Origin: a virus
Lineage: Duplodnaviria; Caudoviricetes
DNA length: 29,317 nt
Strand: one strand, 5' to 3'
Virus record (IMG/VR): IMGVR_UViG_3300032335_000427
Location: 1 to 29,317 of that record
Position 1 is the stretch's first letter. Every line of letters begins with the position of its first letter. A program made the translations under genes and the position numbers. The notes under the pieces are model-generated. The model was not told the DNA's origin and did not search any database. It was given only the letters and a program-made list of their open reading frames with translations. Below are positions 15,266 to 24,303 of the stretch, piece by piece.

Positions 15266-15681
15266 TGATTACCGCTCGTGCGCCCATGGATGGGGCGATT
15301 ACCAACGACCAGTGGGTCTCCCAGGAAGAAATTCCTGATCCGAGCCCGCTGCCTAGGATTCCCGGCGTGGGGATTCTTGTCCGGCCCGTGCCCATTCGGC
15401 GCAAAACCGCTGGCGGAATCCTGCTTCCCGACACGTTCCGAGAAGACCGGGAATACCTCAACACGGTAGGCCGCGTTCTCGCCCTTGGCGAACTGGCATT
15501 CGTGGACGAAGACATCTACCGGAAGGGCCCGTGGGTCAAGCCCGGCGATTACATCGTCTACGCCAAGTTCGCCGGCCAGAAAATCTGGTGGAAGGGCGTG
15601 AAGCTCCTCCTGATCAAGGCGTCCTCCATCGAACTCGTGGTCGACAAGCCCGAGTACCTCGACGCCAATTTCAAGGAATAA
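15265..15681 (+). CDS. groES: GroES/Cpn10-like co-chaperonin
   Basis: P...ILVRP....KTAGGILLPD (mobile loop), G.VLALG, VKPGD.IVYAKFAG and LLLIK...I..VV. The likely start is ATG 15265 (TGATG overlap). Confidence 0.88.
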   Translation: MITARAPMDGAITNDQWVSQEEIPDPSPLPRIPGVGILVRPVPIRRKTAGGILLPDTFREDREYLNTVGRVLALGELAFVDEDIYRKGPWVKPGDYIVYAKFAGQKIWWKGVKLLLIKASSIELVVDKPEYLDANFKE

Positions 15682-15687
15682 ACTCCC

Positions 15688-16704
15688 ATGAGTGAAGGTG
15701 GTTACAAGGAACTTGACCTGGACAACCCGGGCAAGGCTTCCGATGCCGATGCTGCTTCTGATATCGAGATCGTTCACGAGGGCCTCGAAGCGCCTGAGAC
15801 CGAGATCGTAGAAGAGCCCGTCGCTCCCGTCAAGGCCAAGGCTCCAGAGCCTGAACCAGAAGACGAAGAAGACGATGTCACGCCTGAAGCCCCCTCTGGC
15901 GAACGCTCTAAGAAGCTGACCCGGAGCCAGCGGCTCAAGGCCCAACGGGACGCTTATGCCAAACAACTGACCGAAGCGCAAGCCCGTTTGGCCCAAGCCG
16001 AGCAGCGTGCCAAGAAGTTCGAACAGGACGCCAACGACGGCGCCGCTATCGGCTTCGACCTGTACGCCAAGAGCATCGATGCCTCGATGCAGGCTCTGCG
16101 CCGCGACTTCGACGCAGCCTTCGACTCCGGTGACCGCGAGAAGATCTTCGAGGTCCAGCAGAAGATGGCGACCCTCGCTGCCGAGAAGCAGCAGATTGAG
16201 AGGGACCGGCGCGCCATCCCTACGAAGCCGACTCAGCAATCTGGGTCGGACACCCCGCAGCAGACCGCGCAGACCGCGCCTAGCCAGCCGGCCCGCAAGG
16301 CTCCCTCCCCGGCTGCCGTCGAGTGGTACGAGCGCAACAAGACGTGGTTCAACAAGGACCCCATCCTGACTGCCGGCGCCCGGATCATCGACCAGCAGAT
16401 GGTTGCGGACGGCTTTGCGCCTGACGACCCGGACTACTTCGAGGAACTGGACAAGCGCCTCAAGACCGAGTTCCCGGCCAAACTGGGCGGCAAACCGGCC
16501 CCGGCCCGTCAGCCCGCCGCTAACCCGACCATCCAGAACCGGTCGGCTCCCACCACTACCCCGGGCAAGATCCGGGTCACCATCACCCAGGCCGACCGCG
16601 ACATGGCCAACCACCTTGGCATCAGCGTCGAGGACTACGCACGTGAAAAGGCCCGTGCCGAACGTGCTGCCCAGACCACCAGCCAGTATACGGAGATTCT
16701 GTAA
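15688..16704 (+). CDS. Capsid scaffolding protein
   Basis: Acidic disordered N-terminus, coiled coil, W...N.WF..D motif, YF.ELDKRL...FP, and C-terminal A..LG.S.E.YA.EK helix. Located between portal and capsid genes. Confidence 0.8.
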   Translation: MSEGGYKELDLDNPGKASDADAASDIEIVHEGLEAPETEIVEEPVAPVKAKAPEPEPEDEEDDVTPEAPSGERSKKLTRSQRLKAQRDAYAKQLTEAQARLAQAEQRAKKFEQDANDGAAIGFDLYAKSIDASMQALRRDFDAAFDSGDREKIFEVQQKMATLAAEKQQIERDRRAIPTKPTQQSGSDTPQQTAQTAPSQPARKAPSPAAVEWYERNKTWFNKDPILTAGARIIDQQMVADGFAPDDPDYFEELDKRLKTEFPAKLGGKPAPARQPAANPTIQNRSAPTTTPGKIRVTITQADRDMANHLGISVEDYAREKARAERAAQTTSQYTEIL

Positions 16705-17192
16705 TGCCTGCCAAGCGCAACCTCGCCGGCAACGCCGTTGACGAGCCTCTTGAAAATTCCTTGGAATCAGAGTATAATCCTCCTAATGCGCTAGAAATCC
16801 CTCCCATGCCTGACGAGGACCAGTACGCTTATCGCTGGGTCCGGTTTAGGAATGGGGATCAGGACGACTTCAATAACATTTCGCAGCGCATGCGAGAAGG
16901 GTGGGCATTCGTCCCGCTGGAAGAAGTTCCGGCCGGTTACGTTTTCCCCGGGCTCGAAAGTAAGATTTCCGCACTGGCGGGCGCTGCCATCAACGGCGAC
17001 CTTGTTCTTGCGAAGCTGCCTCGACGTAAGGCGGAAGCCATCCAGAAGTGGGCCGAAGACCGGTCCATTCAAGCGGAGCAGGCTTTCGATATGAAGACGG
17101 TGAGCTACGACGACAGTACAGGCCGGCAGCAGCGGTTTGCCAACGAAAGTACCAAACGCTTTTCCCGGGGGCGACGTCCCTCATTCGGATAA
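16704..17192 (+). CDS. Conserved phage head-module protein of unknown function
   Basis: 162 aa, TAATG overlap, YRWVR....D..N...R.REGW.FV...GDLVLAK.P motif. Confidence 0.75.
   Translation: MPAKRNLAGNAVDEPLENSLESEYNPPNALEIPPMPDEDQYAYRWVRFRNGDQDDFNNISQRMREGWAFVPLEEVPAGYVFPGLESKISALAGAAINGDLVLAKLPRRKAEAIQKWAEDRSIQAEQAFDMKTVSYDDSTGRQQRFANESTKRFSRGRRPSFG
16750..16778 (+). promoter_or_regulatory. Intragenic near-consensus sigma70 promoter upstream of capsid genes
   Basis: TTGAAA (16750-16755), 17 nt, TATAAT (16773-16778), inside a locally AT-rich patch of the 16704-17192 CDS. Confidence 0.75.
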
Positions 17193-17210
17193 CAAACAAA
17201 GGAGGATAAG

Positions 17211-17804
17211 GTGCCCGTTTCTTTCGCACCGTTCGGTCTCCGCGCCATTGCTGCCCTCGGCACGCATGGCAACGAGGTCCGCGCTTATCCGCTTCCCAAC
17301 GGCGCTAACTGCCCGGACCTCGGCAAGGGTTCTCCGGTCAAGCTGTCGGGTGGCGTCATCACTTCGGCTGGTGCTAGCGGCGATGGTCCGCTGCTCGGCG
17401 TTGCTACCGGTTTCGCTTGGGTCGATCCGACCACGAAGCAGCCGCAGCTTCGCAACTCGATCCCCGCCGACACGTCTTCGGCTGGCCTGTTCGACGGTTC
17501 CGACCGCCCGACGGCCTATGTCGTGGACAACCCCTTCGCTCTGTTCCTGATCCAGGCGAATGCCTCGGTGACGGCCGGCGATCTGGGTCTCAACTTCAAC
17601 GTGACGGCTGCTGGTGGCGACGTGGATTCCGTGTACGGGACCTCGCGTTACGCGCTTCAGGCGTCTTCCCGCACCTCTGCCGTCAACACGGCGGTGAAGC
17701 TTGTGGGTCTGGCCAACATTCCTGACAACGCTTGGGGCGATCCGTTCCCGGTGCTGGTTGTCAAGCTGAATGGCCCGATCCTCCAGCAGGTCTCTGCGGC
17801 TTAA
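17211..17804 (+). CDS. Putative capsid decoration/cement protein
   Basis: 197 aa, GTG start with strong SD AGGAGG, PFGLR motif, Gly/Ala/beta-rich. Immediately upstream of the MCP. Confidence 0.65.
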   Translation: MPVSFAPFGLRAIAALGTHGNEVRAYPLPNGANCPDLGKGSPVKLSGGVITSAGASGDGPLLGVATGFAWVDPTTKQPQLRNSIPADTSSAGLFDGSDRPTAYVVDNPFALFLIQANASVTAGDLGLNFNVTAAGGDVDSVYGTSRYALQASSRTSAVNTAVKLVGLANIPDNAWGDPFPVLVVKLNGPILQQVSAA

Positions 17805-17820
17805 TAGGGGGATATAAGAA

Positions 17821-18735
17821 ATGACTATTCTGACTCGCGCGCAATTTGCGAAGCAGCTTATCCCCGGCCTCAATGCGATCTTCGGCGTTGCTTACAAGAG
17901 CATCGACAACGAGCATACCCCGCTTTTCGACGTTGAGAAGTCGGATCGCTCGTTCGAAGAAGAAGTGCTGATGACGGGCTTCGGTACGGCCCCGGTCAAG
18001 TCGGAAGGCGATCAGGTGTTCTTCGACACCGCGTCGGAAGCTTGGACGAGCCGCTACACCCACGAGACCGTTGCGATGGCGTTCGCCATCACGGAAGAGG
18101 CCATCGAGGACAACCTCTATGGTACGACCGGTAAGATGAAGGCGAATGCCATGGGCCGCGCGATGGCGAATGCCAAGCAGGTCAAGGCCGCCAACGTCTT
18201 CAACAACGGCTTCTCCGCTAGCTCGCTCTACGCTGGCGGCGACGGCAAGCCCCTGTTTGCGACTGACCACCCGACGCTCGCGGCGGGCAACCAGTCCAAC
18301 CGGGTCAGCACCGACCTGTCCGAAACGGCTCTTGAGGCTGCGCTGATTAACATCGGCCTGACCAAGGACGACCGTGGCCTGCTGATCGGCGCTCGCGCCG
18401 TTAGCCTCCACATCGCGCCGCAGAACCAGTTCGTTGCGCACCGCATTCTGTTCTCGGATCTCCGGGTCGGCACTGCGGACAACGACACGAACGCCATGAA
18501 GGACATGGGCCTGTTCTCCCGTGGTTACACTGTTAACCACCGGTTTACGGACCCGAACGCTTGGTTCATCCGCACGGATGTGCCGAACGGCACCAAGATG
18601 TTTGTGCGTGCCCCGCTCGCCACGAAGGACGATGTGGACTTCCTGACGGGCAACATGCGCTACAAGGCCCGTGAGCGTTACAGCTTCGGCTGGTCCGACT
18701 GGCGTCAGTGGTACGGTTCGTCTGGTTCCACCTAA
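17821..18735 (+). CDS. Major capsid protein (HK97 fold, Mu gpT-like family)
   Basis: 304 aa. RAQ..K.L.PGLNA.FG, S.RSFEEEV..TGFG.AP.K.EG, GDG..LF..DHP and T...RYKARERYSFGWSD.R..YGS.G. Followed by a terminator. Confidence 0.9.
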   Translation: MTILTRAQFAKQLIPGLNAIFGVAYKSIDNEHTPLFDVEKSDRSFEEEVLMTGFGTAPVKSEGDQVFFDTASEAWTSRYTHETVAMAFAITEEAIEDNLYGTTGKMKANAMGRAMANAKQVKAANVFNNGFSASSLYAGGDGKPLFATDHPTLAAGNQSNRVSTDLSETALEAALINIGLTKDDRGLLIGARAVSLHIAPQNQFVAHRILFSDLRVGTADNDTNAMKDMGLFSRGYTVNHRFTDPNAWFIRTDVPNGTKMFVRAPLATKDDVDFLTGNMRYKARERYSFGWSDWRQWYGSSGST

Positions 18736-18741
18736 TGGATT

Positions 18742-18760
18742 GGGGGCTTCGGCCCCCTTT
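18742..18760 (+). terminator. Intrinsic terminator after major capsid gene
   Basis: GGGGGC-TTCG-GCCCCC-TTT (cUUCGg tetraloop, short U tract). Confidence 0.85.
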
Positions 18761-18783
18761 CCTCCATCCTTGAGGAGAATCAG

Positions 18784-19227
18784 ATGACTAGCTTTAGCTA
18801 TCCGCTTAACATCCGCAACCACGAGCCGAACGGTCCCGAAGCCGTCAATCTGGTGGAAGCGCGGGTGCCCGGCCGTTACTCGGTGGTCGTGAACACGGCG
18901 AAGACCGGCACTGCGGCGGCGGCGACTACCATTCCGCTGTTCGTTGCTCCGACTGGCTCCACGTTCTACGAGTGCGTGCTGGACATCACGACGCCCTTCG
19001 ACAACACCACGACGAATATCCGCGTGGGCATTCCGACGTCGACGGGCATCCTGTATGCTGCGACCACTGCTAACACGGCCGGTCGCCGCGCTTACGCTGG
19101 TACGGGCGCCCAGGTTTCGGCCAACGCCATTCCGCTGGCAGCCGATACCACGGTGCAGGCTATCGTGTCCATCGACACGTCGGCGGTCACGGCTGGCTCC
19201 GTTATCGTCCACGTCGTGATTGGCTAA
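18784..19227 (+). CDS. Virion structural protein (probable capsid-associated/decoration)
   Basis: 147 aa, Thr/Ala/Val beta-rich, P.GS.I....L.IT.PF motif, SD GAGGAG, follows the MCP. Confidence 0.7.
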   Translation: MTSFSYPLNIRNHEPNGPEAVNLVEARVPGRYSVVVNTAKTGTAAAATTIPLFVAPTGSTFYECVLDITTPFDNTTTNIRVGIPTSTGILYAATTANTAGRRAYAGTGAQVSANAIPLAADTTVQAIVSIDTSAVTAGSVIVHVVIG

Positions 19228-19270
19228 CAAGGTACGGCAGGGTCTGCTTCGGCGGGTCCTGCCTTCCTTG
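19228..19270 (+). terminator. Stable hairpin (terminator or RNA-stabilising element)
   Basis: GGCAGGGTCTGC-TTCG-GCGGGTCCTGCC (12-bp stem with G-U pairs, UUCG loop), with outer CAAGG/CCTTG and a weak U tract. Confidence 0.65.
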
Positions 19271-19285
19271 CCATAGGAGCCCAGT

Positions 19286-19600
19286 ATGCCCGCCATCAAG
19301 GCCATTCGCCTCGTCCCTTTCCAAGTGTCGACGTCGGCGGCTACGACCAGCCCCGCTATCGACCTTGATTACCGTTTCGACGGCACGCCAGTCCGCACCT
19401 TCTTCGTCCAGAAGAGCGCCGCTGCCGGCCCGTCCATCTTCCTCGAAGCCGCGCCAACCACTGCCGGCCCATGGATCGCCTTTGCTGAAGTGTCCGCTAA
19501 CGCGGCCAGCACGGTCGTTCCCTTCCAGCTTGACGTTCCCTACGTCCGTACCTCCTATGCTGGCGGCGGGCCGCTCGTCACCATCTACGGGGTGGTGTAA
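19286..19600 (+). CDS. Small beta-rich virion structural protein
   Basis: 104 aa, SD AGGAG, jelly-roll-like pattern (LEA.P....W, PYVR..Y.G). Confidence 0.7.
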   Translation: MPAIKAIRLVPFQVSTSAATTSPAIDLDYRFDGTPVRTFFVQKSAAAGPSIFLEAAPTTAGPWIAFAEVSANAASTVVPFQLDVPYVRTSYAGGGPLVTIYGVV

Positions 19601-19615
19601 CGGAAAGTAACGACC

Positions 19616-20278
19616 GTGGCAACCAGCGGCACATCCAACTTCGACCCTACGTTCGATGATCTTTTGCAGGATGCTGCCGCGATGGTTGGCGGCGGGCCCG
19701 TCCTTGCTGACGAACTGATCAGCGCCCGACGCGGCCTCGACTACATGCTGACGGACCTTCAGAACAAGAACGTCCTTCTGCACAAGATCGAGACCACCAT
19801 CGTCCCGGTCTCCATTTCCGTCTCGTCTCTGACTTTCGACCAGACCATCTCCGACGTCCTCGTCGCCAGCATCCGCACCTCCACCACCGACATCCTCGTG
19901 GAGCGTGACGGCTACGAGCGTTGGGCCGAGATCCCCACCAAGTCCCAGTCTGGCCGCCCGACCCGCTACTGGTGGGATCGTCGCCGCGCCTCCAACGTGA
20001 TGAACCTGTGGCCGGTCCCCGACCAGACCTACACGGTCGTCCTTACCATCCAGAAGAACGCCGAGTCCACGTTGCGCGCCTTCGACAATGTCGATGTGCC
20101 GCGTCGTTTCATGCCTGCCCTCGTCTACGGTCTCGCCTACTGGATCGGTCTGCGCCGTGGCACCCGTGTTGACGCCAATCGCCTGACGTTACTGCGCCTT
20201 GAATACGACCGGGCCGTCAAGGATGCCATGCGCGAGGACCGGGAACGCGGCAAGGTCTACATCAGGATTGGCCGCTGA
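19616..20278 (+). CDS. Head-tail adaptor / tail tubular protein A-like
   Basis: GTG start, MATSGT..F....D, ARR.L..ML....N, IP.K..SGRP..YW and LWPVPD..Y. Position follows the capsid genes. Confidence 0.7.
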   Translation: MATSGTSNFDPTFDDLLQDAAAMVGGGPVLADELISARRGLDYMLTDLQNKNVLLHKIETTIVPVSISVSSLTFDQTISDVLVASIRTSTTDILVERDGYERWAEIPTKSQSGRPTRYWWDRRRASNVMNLWPVPDQTYTVVLTIQKNAESTLRAFDNVDVPRRFMPALVYGLAYWIGLRRGTRVDANRLTLLRLEYDRAVKDAMREDRERGKVYIRIGR

Positions 20279-20931
20279 TGCCCTACACCTACACCACCCT
20301 CACCAACGACGTCATCGCCAACATGGAGGAGGACTCCGAGGAGTTCGTCTCGGCTCTGCCCTCCATCATCGAGCGCGCCCAGTCCCACTTGCAACGGCGC
20401 CTTGATCCTGTCAATATCATCACGTTCACCGAGGTCTCGGTCAGCGCCTCCTCGCGCACCCTGGCCCTGCCGTCCAACCTGCTCGTCCTCAAGTCCATCC
20501 AAGTCTGCGCGACGGGCGGCTGGAACAACCTGCTCGAACAGAACAACGAGTTCCTCACCGCGTACTGGCCGGACTACACGTCCTGCGCCCCTTCCAAGTA
20601 CTACGCGCCCAAGGACAACGCCACTATCTTTCTGGCGCCGACGCCCCACTCCAACACCACGGCCCTCATCGAATACATTCCGCGTGTAACGGTCCTGAGT
20701 TCGGCGCACCCGACCAACTACTTTGCGACCTATACGGACACGGCCCTGTTCGCGGCGACCATGCTGTACGCCAATGCGTGGACCAAGAATGCCGGCGCCG
20801 TTACGCTTTGGCAGGGCATCCTCAACGAGGAACTGACCGCCCTGAACATCGAGTCCAGCCGGGCGCGCCGCTCCGACACCGTCAATAGATATAACGGGTC
20901 GCCTGAGAACACCATTTCGGGGCAGCCCTAA
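20278..20931 (+). CDS. Second head-tail adaptor/connector-like protein
   Basis: TY..L...V...ME, I..A...L.R.L, P.KYYA.....I.LAPTP and N.F.....D.AL..A. TGATG coupling. Confidence 0.65.
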   Translation: MPYTYTTLTNDVIANMEEDSEEFVSALPSIIERAQSHLQRRLDPVNIITFTEVSVSASSRTLALPSNLLVLKSIQVCATGGWNNLLEQNNEFLTAYWPDYTSCAPSKYYAPKDNATIFLAPTPHSNTTALIEYIPRVTVLSSAHPTNYFATYTDTALFAATMLYANAWTKNAGAVTLWQGILNEELTALNIESSRARRSDTVNRYNGSPENTISGQP

Positions 20932-21149
20932 TGTCCGTCCTCGACATGTGGTCGGTCTGCGACAGGTGCGGATTCGACTACAAGCGCCGGGACCTGCGCA
21001 AAGAGTCTACCAAGTTCGTGGTCTGCTACTCCTGCTTCGACGGCATCTACGACAAGAAGAGCCACCCCCAAAACAGGTCGCCGAAGCCGCGCCGCGAACT
21101 CCAGCCCGTTCCTGATGGGCGCCCTGACCAGACCAACTATGGTTCCTGA
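20931..21149 (+). CDS. Small CxxC...CxxC zinc-finger virion-module protein, copy 1
   Basis: WSVCDRCGFDYKRRDLRKESTKFVVCYSCFD...HPQNR.P.PR.E...VPDGRP. Confidence 0.8.
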   Translation: MSVLDMWSVCDRCGFDYKRRDLRKESTKFVVCYSCFDGIYDKKSHPQNRSPKPRRELQPVPDGRPDQTNYGS

Positions 21150-21151
21150 TC

Positions 21152-21463
21152 ATGGCCTTACAAGTCTGGTCGCTGTGTGATAGGTGTGGACAGAAGTACT
21201 ATCGCAGGCAACTGAAGAAGGAATCTACGAACCTCGTCGTCTGCTCCTCCTGCTACGACGGCGCCTACGATCTTCGGAAGCACCCGCAGAACAGGCCGCC
21301 CCGGCCACGCCTAGAGTCCCGCAAGGTTCCTGACGGTCGCCCCCTTCAGAGCCTTGACAACTACCTCGCTCAAGAAAACGACGCCTATCTCCTCACCGAA
21401 GACGGTTCCAACATCCTCGTGACTGGGGTGGTCTGGACTCCTTCACAAAGCAGCCCGCCGTAG
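21152..21463 (+). CDS. Small CxxC...CxxC zinc-finger virion-module protein, copy 2 with acidic C-terminal extension
   Basis: WSLCDRCGQKYYRRQLKKESTNLVVCSSCYD...HPQNR.P.PR.E...VPDGRP, followed by YLAQENDAYLLTEDGSNIL. Confidence 0.8.
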   Translation: MALQVWSLCDRCGQKYYRRQLKKESTNLVVCSSCYDGAYDLRKHPQNRPPRPRLESRKVPDGRPLQSLDNYLAQENDAYLLTEDGSNILVTGVVWTPSQSSPP

Positions 21464-21473
21464 GGACCGTGTC

Positions 21474-21734
21474 ATGGATATCAAGCTTGTTTTCGATTTC
21501 GTTGCAACCTTCCTGTGGCCACTTCTGCTGGCTTACGGCGCTTACTTACAGCGGGAGATTTCGGCTGTGCAAAAGAAAGTCGATCACCTCCAAGAGCTTC
21601 ACCACGGCCACGTCGCTCAAGTCAACAAGGACTTCGCCACGCGAGAGGTTGTCTCCGATCTTGAAAATAAGCTCACAACTGTGCTAAATAGGATTGACGA
21701 CAAAGTAACACGCATCCTTGAGGAGCGCAAGTAA
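21474..21734 (+). CDS. Small membrane-anchored coiled-coil protein (possibly lysis-related)
   Basis: 86 aa. Single N-terminal hydrophobic segment LVFDFVATFLWPLLLAYGAYL, then an amphipathic helix (F.TR.....LE.KL...L.RIDDK). Confidence 0.65.
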   Translation: MDIKLVFDFVATFLWPLLLAYGAYLQREISAVQKKVDHLQELHHGHVAQVNKDFATREVVSDLENKLTTVLNRIDDKVTRILEERK

Positions 21735-22177
21735 TGCCCTCGACTTATGATCCCCTCCTTCGTCTAGAACTCCAAGCGACCGGCGAGAACGCCACCACTT
21801 GGGGCACTAAGACGAACAACAACCTCGACCTGATTGCAACCGCAGTCGCGGGCATCGCGGTCGTTAGCGTTTCGTCCGGCGACACCACCCTGACCACGGC
21901 CAACGCGGCAACCGACCAAGCTCGTGCCGCCATCCTTCTCGTGCAAGGCACCCTGACGGGCAACGCCAACATCATCATGCCGGCCTCGCCGAAGACCTAT
22001 ATCTTCATCCGCCAGACCAGCGGCGCCTTCAACATTACAGCCAAACAATCCGCCGGCACCGGCACTGTCCTGCCGCCTTCTGGCCCTGCCCTCGTCATCA
22101 ATACCAGCACCACCAGCATCGACCTGATGGCGGGCCTGCTCGACAACTACGGCGTTCGGATCACCGAGACCGCCTGA
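21734..22177 (+). CDS. Tail fibre attachment (N-terminal adaptor) domain protein, short
   Basis: MPSTY...LRLELQATGEN..TWG..TN.NL.LI motif typical of proximal fibre N-termini. Only 147 aa. Confidence 0.7.
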   Translation: MPSTYDPLLRLELQATGENATTWGTKTNNNLDLIATAVAGIAVVSVSSGDTTLTTANAATDQARAAILLVQGTLTGNANIIMPASPKTYIFIRQTSGAFNITAKQSAGTGTVLPPSGPALVINTSTTSIDLMAGLLDNYGVRITETA

Positions 22178-24033
22178 TGTCGGCCACCTTTCAGGACCAG
22201 AAGCTTACCGAACTAAACTTCCAAGTCGGCGTCGTCAAGGAGAAGACCCAACTTGACGCTGGTGGCTTTTGGACTGACGCCGACAAGATCCGCTTTCGCT
22301 ATGGGCGCCCCGAACTTATGGGCGGCTGGCAGCGCGTCGTCGACCCCTCTGAAGATGCCAAGATCTTTGGCGTCCCCCGCTACCTGACATCGGTTCGCAG
22401 TCGAGTCGGCCAGGCCGCAGCCGTCATCGGCACCAATGCCGGCCTGTTCTCCAGCGAACTGTCCACCTTCTACAACATCACGCCCATCGTCTCGACGCTT
22501 GCCTCCAGCAATCTGCTGTCCACTACGGCCGGTTCCAACAGGGTCGTCGTCTCGGTCTCCAACCACGGCCTGACGACGGGCACCCTCATCGAAGTGGTCT
22601 CGGCCGCAGCTACCATCGGTGGCAACATCGTCATCAATGCGGTCTCCTCGGTGACGGCCACCTTCCCGGTCAGCGTCATCACTTCCAACGCCTTCGCCTT
22701 CGACGTGAGCCTGACAGCAGCCGCAACCTCTGTAGCTACAGGCGGTGCCATCACCATCGGCTTCTCCTACCCGGCAGGCAACATCTCCACGGTGTACCGC
22801 TCGGGCTGGGGCATCGGCGCGTGGGGCGGCGCATTCGGCTGGGGCAGTCCTGCCGCGCCTTCGCCTGACCCGCTGCGCCAGTGGTCCCTTGATTTGTGGG
22901 GCACCGACATCATGGCCGTTCCTTCTGGCGGCCCGCTCATGTACTGGACCACCAGCGCCAACATTGTTACGAGGGCCACTATCGTTACGGCTGCGCCCTC
23001 CATCAACCAGATCGTGCGCGTCGCTTCCGAAGCCCGACACGTCCTCCTCTACGGCACCCACGACGTATCCGGCAGCTACAGCCCGCTCCTCGTGCGCTGG
23101 TGCAGCCAAGAAGACTTCACGGACTGGACGCCGACCGCCACCAACACCGCAGGCGACTATCCGCTGCCGAGTCGTGGCTCCGAAATCCGGGCCGTCAACC
23201 GCATCGGCGATAAGACTGCCATCCTGACCGACAGCGATCTGTTCATTCAGTCCTATATCGGCGGCAACGACGTCTTCGGCTTCACGGCTGTGGGCGAACG
23301 GTGCGGCGTCATCTCGCGCAATGCAGTCGCCGAATACAGCGGCACCCTCTACTGGATGGCAACCAACGGCCAGTTCTACCAGTATGACGGCCGCCTCCAA
23401 GCCCTGAATTGCACGGTCCTGCGCTACGTTTATGACAGCCTAGACGAGTTCCAGCAAGACAAAATTTATGCGGGCACCAACTCGACGTTCGACGAAGTCA
23501 TCTGGTTCTACGCCTCCAACGAATCGCCCAATGGCGAAAACGACCGCTACGTCATCTACAATACGCGCGAGAAGCACTGGACCATCGGCACCATGCCGCG
23601 CACCGTGTGGGAAGACATTGGCACCTTCACTACGCCGCTGGCCATGAACAGCAATCCCTACGACCTGTACTACCAAGAGACCGGCTATACAGCTGACTCG
23701 TCCGTCCTCGCGTCCAACCTTGAGGGCGCCTACTTCGACCAAGAGGCCGGCGACAGCATCCTATTCGTCAACAAGTTCGTGCCCGACTTCAGCAACCTGT
23801 CGGACAACACGCCCTACTCCGGCACCCTACAGATCAGCCTGAAGGCGCGCAAGTATCCGGGCGGCCCGGTCATTACGAAGGGTCCCTTCAACGTGACGGG
23901 CACCACCCAGAAAACCTCGCTGCGCCTACGCGGCCGGGAACTGGCCATCCAAATCCAGTCCTCTACCTCCTCCGACGTGCCGTGGCGCATGGGTCAGTTC
24001 CGCGCAGCTATCGAGCCTGACGGCCTGCGATGA
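22177..24033 (+). CDS. Tail nozzle / packaged-DNA stabilisation protein (P22 gp10 / T7 gp12-like beta-propeller)
   Basis: 618 aa. W.D.DKIRFR.G.PE..GGW, GWG.G.WG, WSLD.WG, PLLVRWCSQED..DWTPT.TN.AG, F.EV.WFY, DRYV.YN, WR.G..R..I.PDG.R. Confidence 0.75.
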   Translation: MSATFQDQKLTELNFQVGVVKEKTQLDAGGFWTDADKIRFRYGRPELMGGWQRVVDPSEDAKIFGVPRYLTSVRSRVGQAAAVIGTNAGLFSSELSTFYNITPIVSTLASSNLLSTTAGSNRVVVSVSNHGLTTGTLIEVVSAAATIGGNIVINAVSSVTATFPVSVITSNAFAFDVSLTAAATSVATGGAITIGFSYPAGNISTVYRSGWGIGAWGGAFGWGSPAAPSPDPLRQWSLDLWGTDIMAVPSGGPLMYWTTSANIVTRATIVTAAPSINQIVRVASEARHVLLYGTHDVSGSYSPLLVRWCSQEDFTDWTPTATNTAGDYPLPSRGSEIRAVNRIGDKTAILTDSDLFIQSYIGGNDVFGFTAVGERCGVISRNAVAEYSGTLYWMATNGQFYQYDGRLQALNCTVLRYVYDSLDEFQQDKIYAGTNSTFDEVIWFYASNESPNGENDRYVIYNTREKHWTIGTMPRTVWEDIGTFTTPLAMNSNPYDLYYQETGYTADSSVLASNLEGAYFDQEAGDSILFVNKFVPDFSNLSDNTPYSGTLQISLKARKYPGGPVITKGPFNVTGTTQKTSLRLRGRELAIQIQSSTSSDVPWRMGQFRAAIEPDGLR

Positions 24034-24302
24034 CCCGGCGCATTTCCTCCCGCGTCTTTCCCGACGCACCCGCCGAATGGGACGCCTCCTCGCGCGACGT
24101 GTGGAACCGCCTCATCAAGGTCCTTGAGCAGAGCGACCTCTTCGATCAGGGCCGCCGCACCCGCCCCCAGTTCATTGTGCAGGGCACCGTCTCCGCACCC
24201 CTGACCGTCGACATGCTGAATCCGTCGGTCACCGCCCTCACAAACGTCGTCGGCAAGCTGCTATTTGCTTTGCAATCCAGCAACTTCGTCGATGTTCGCT
24301 AG
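24030..24302 (+). CDS. Small conserved tail-module protein
   Basis: 90 aa, ATGA overlap with the nozzle gene, P.AP.EW motif. Confidence 0.7.
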   Translation: MTRRISSRVFPDAPAEWDASSRDVWNRLIKVLEQSDLFDQGRRTRPQFIVQGTVSAPLTVDMLNPSVTALTNVVGKLLFALQSSNFVDVR

Positions 24303-24303
24303 G

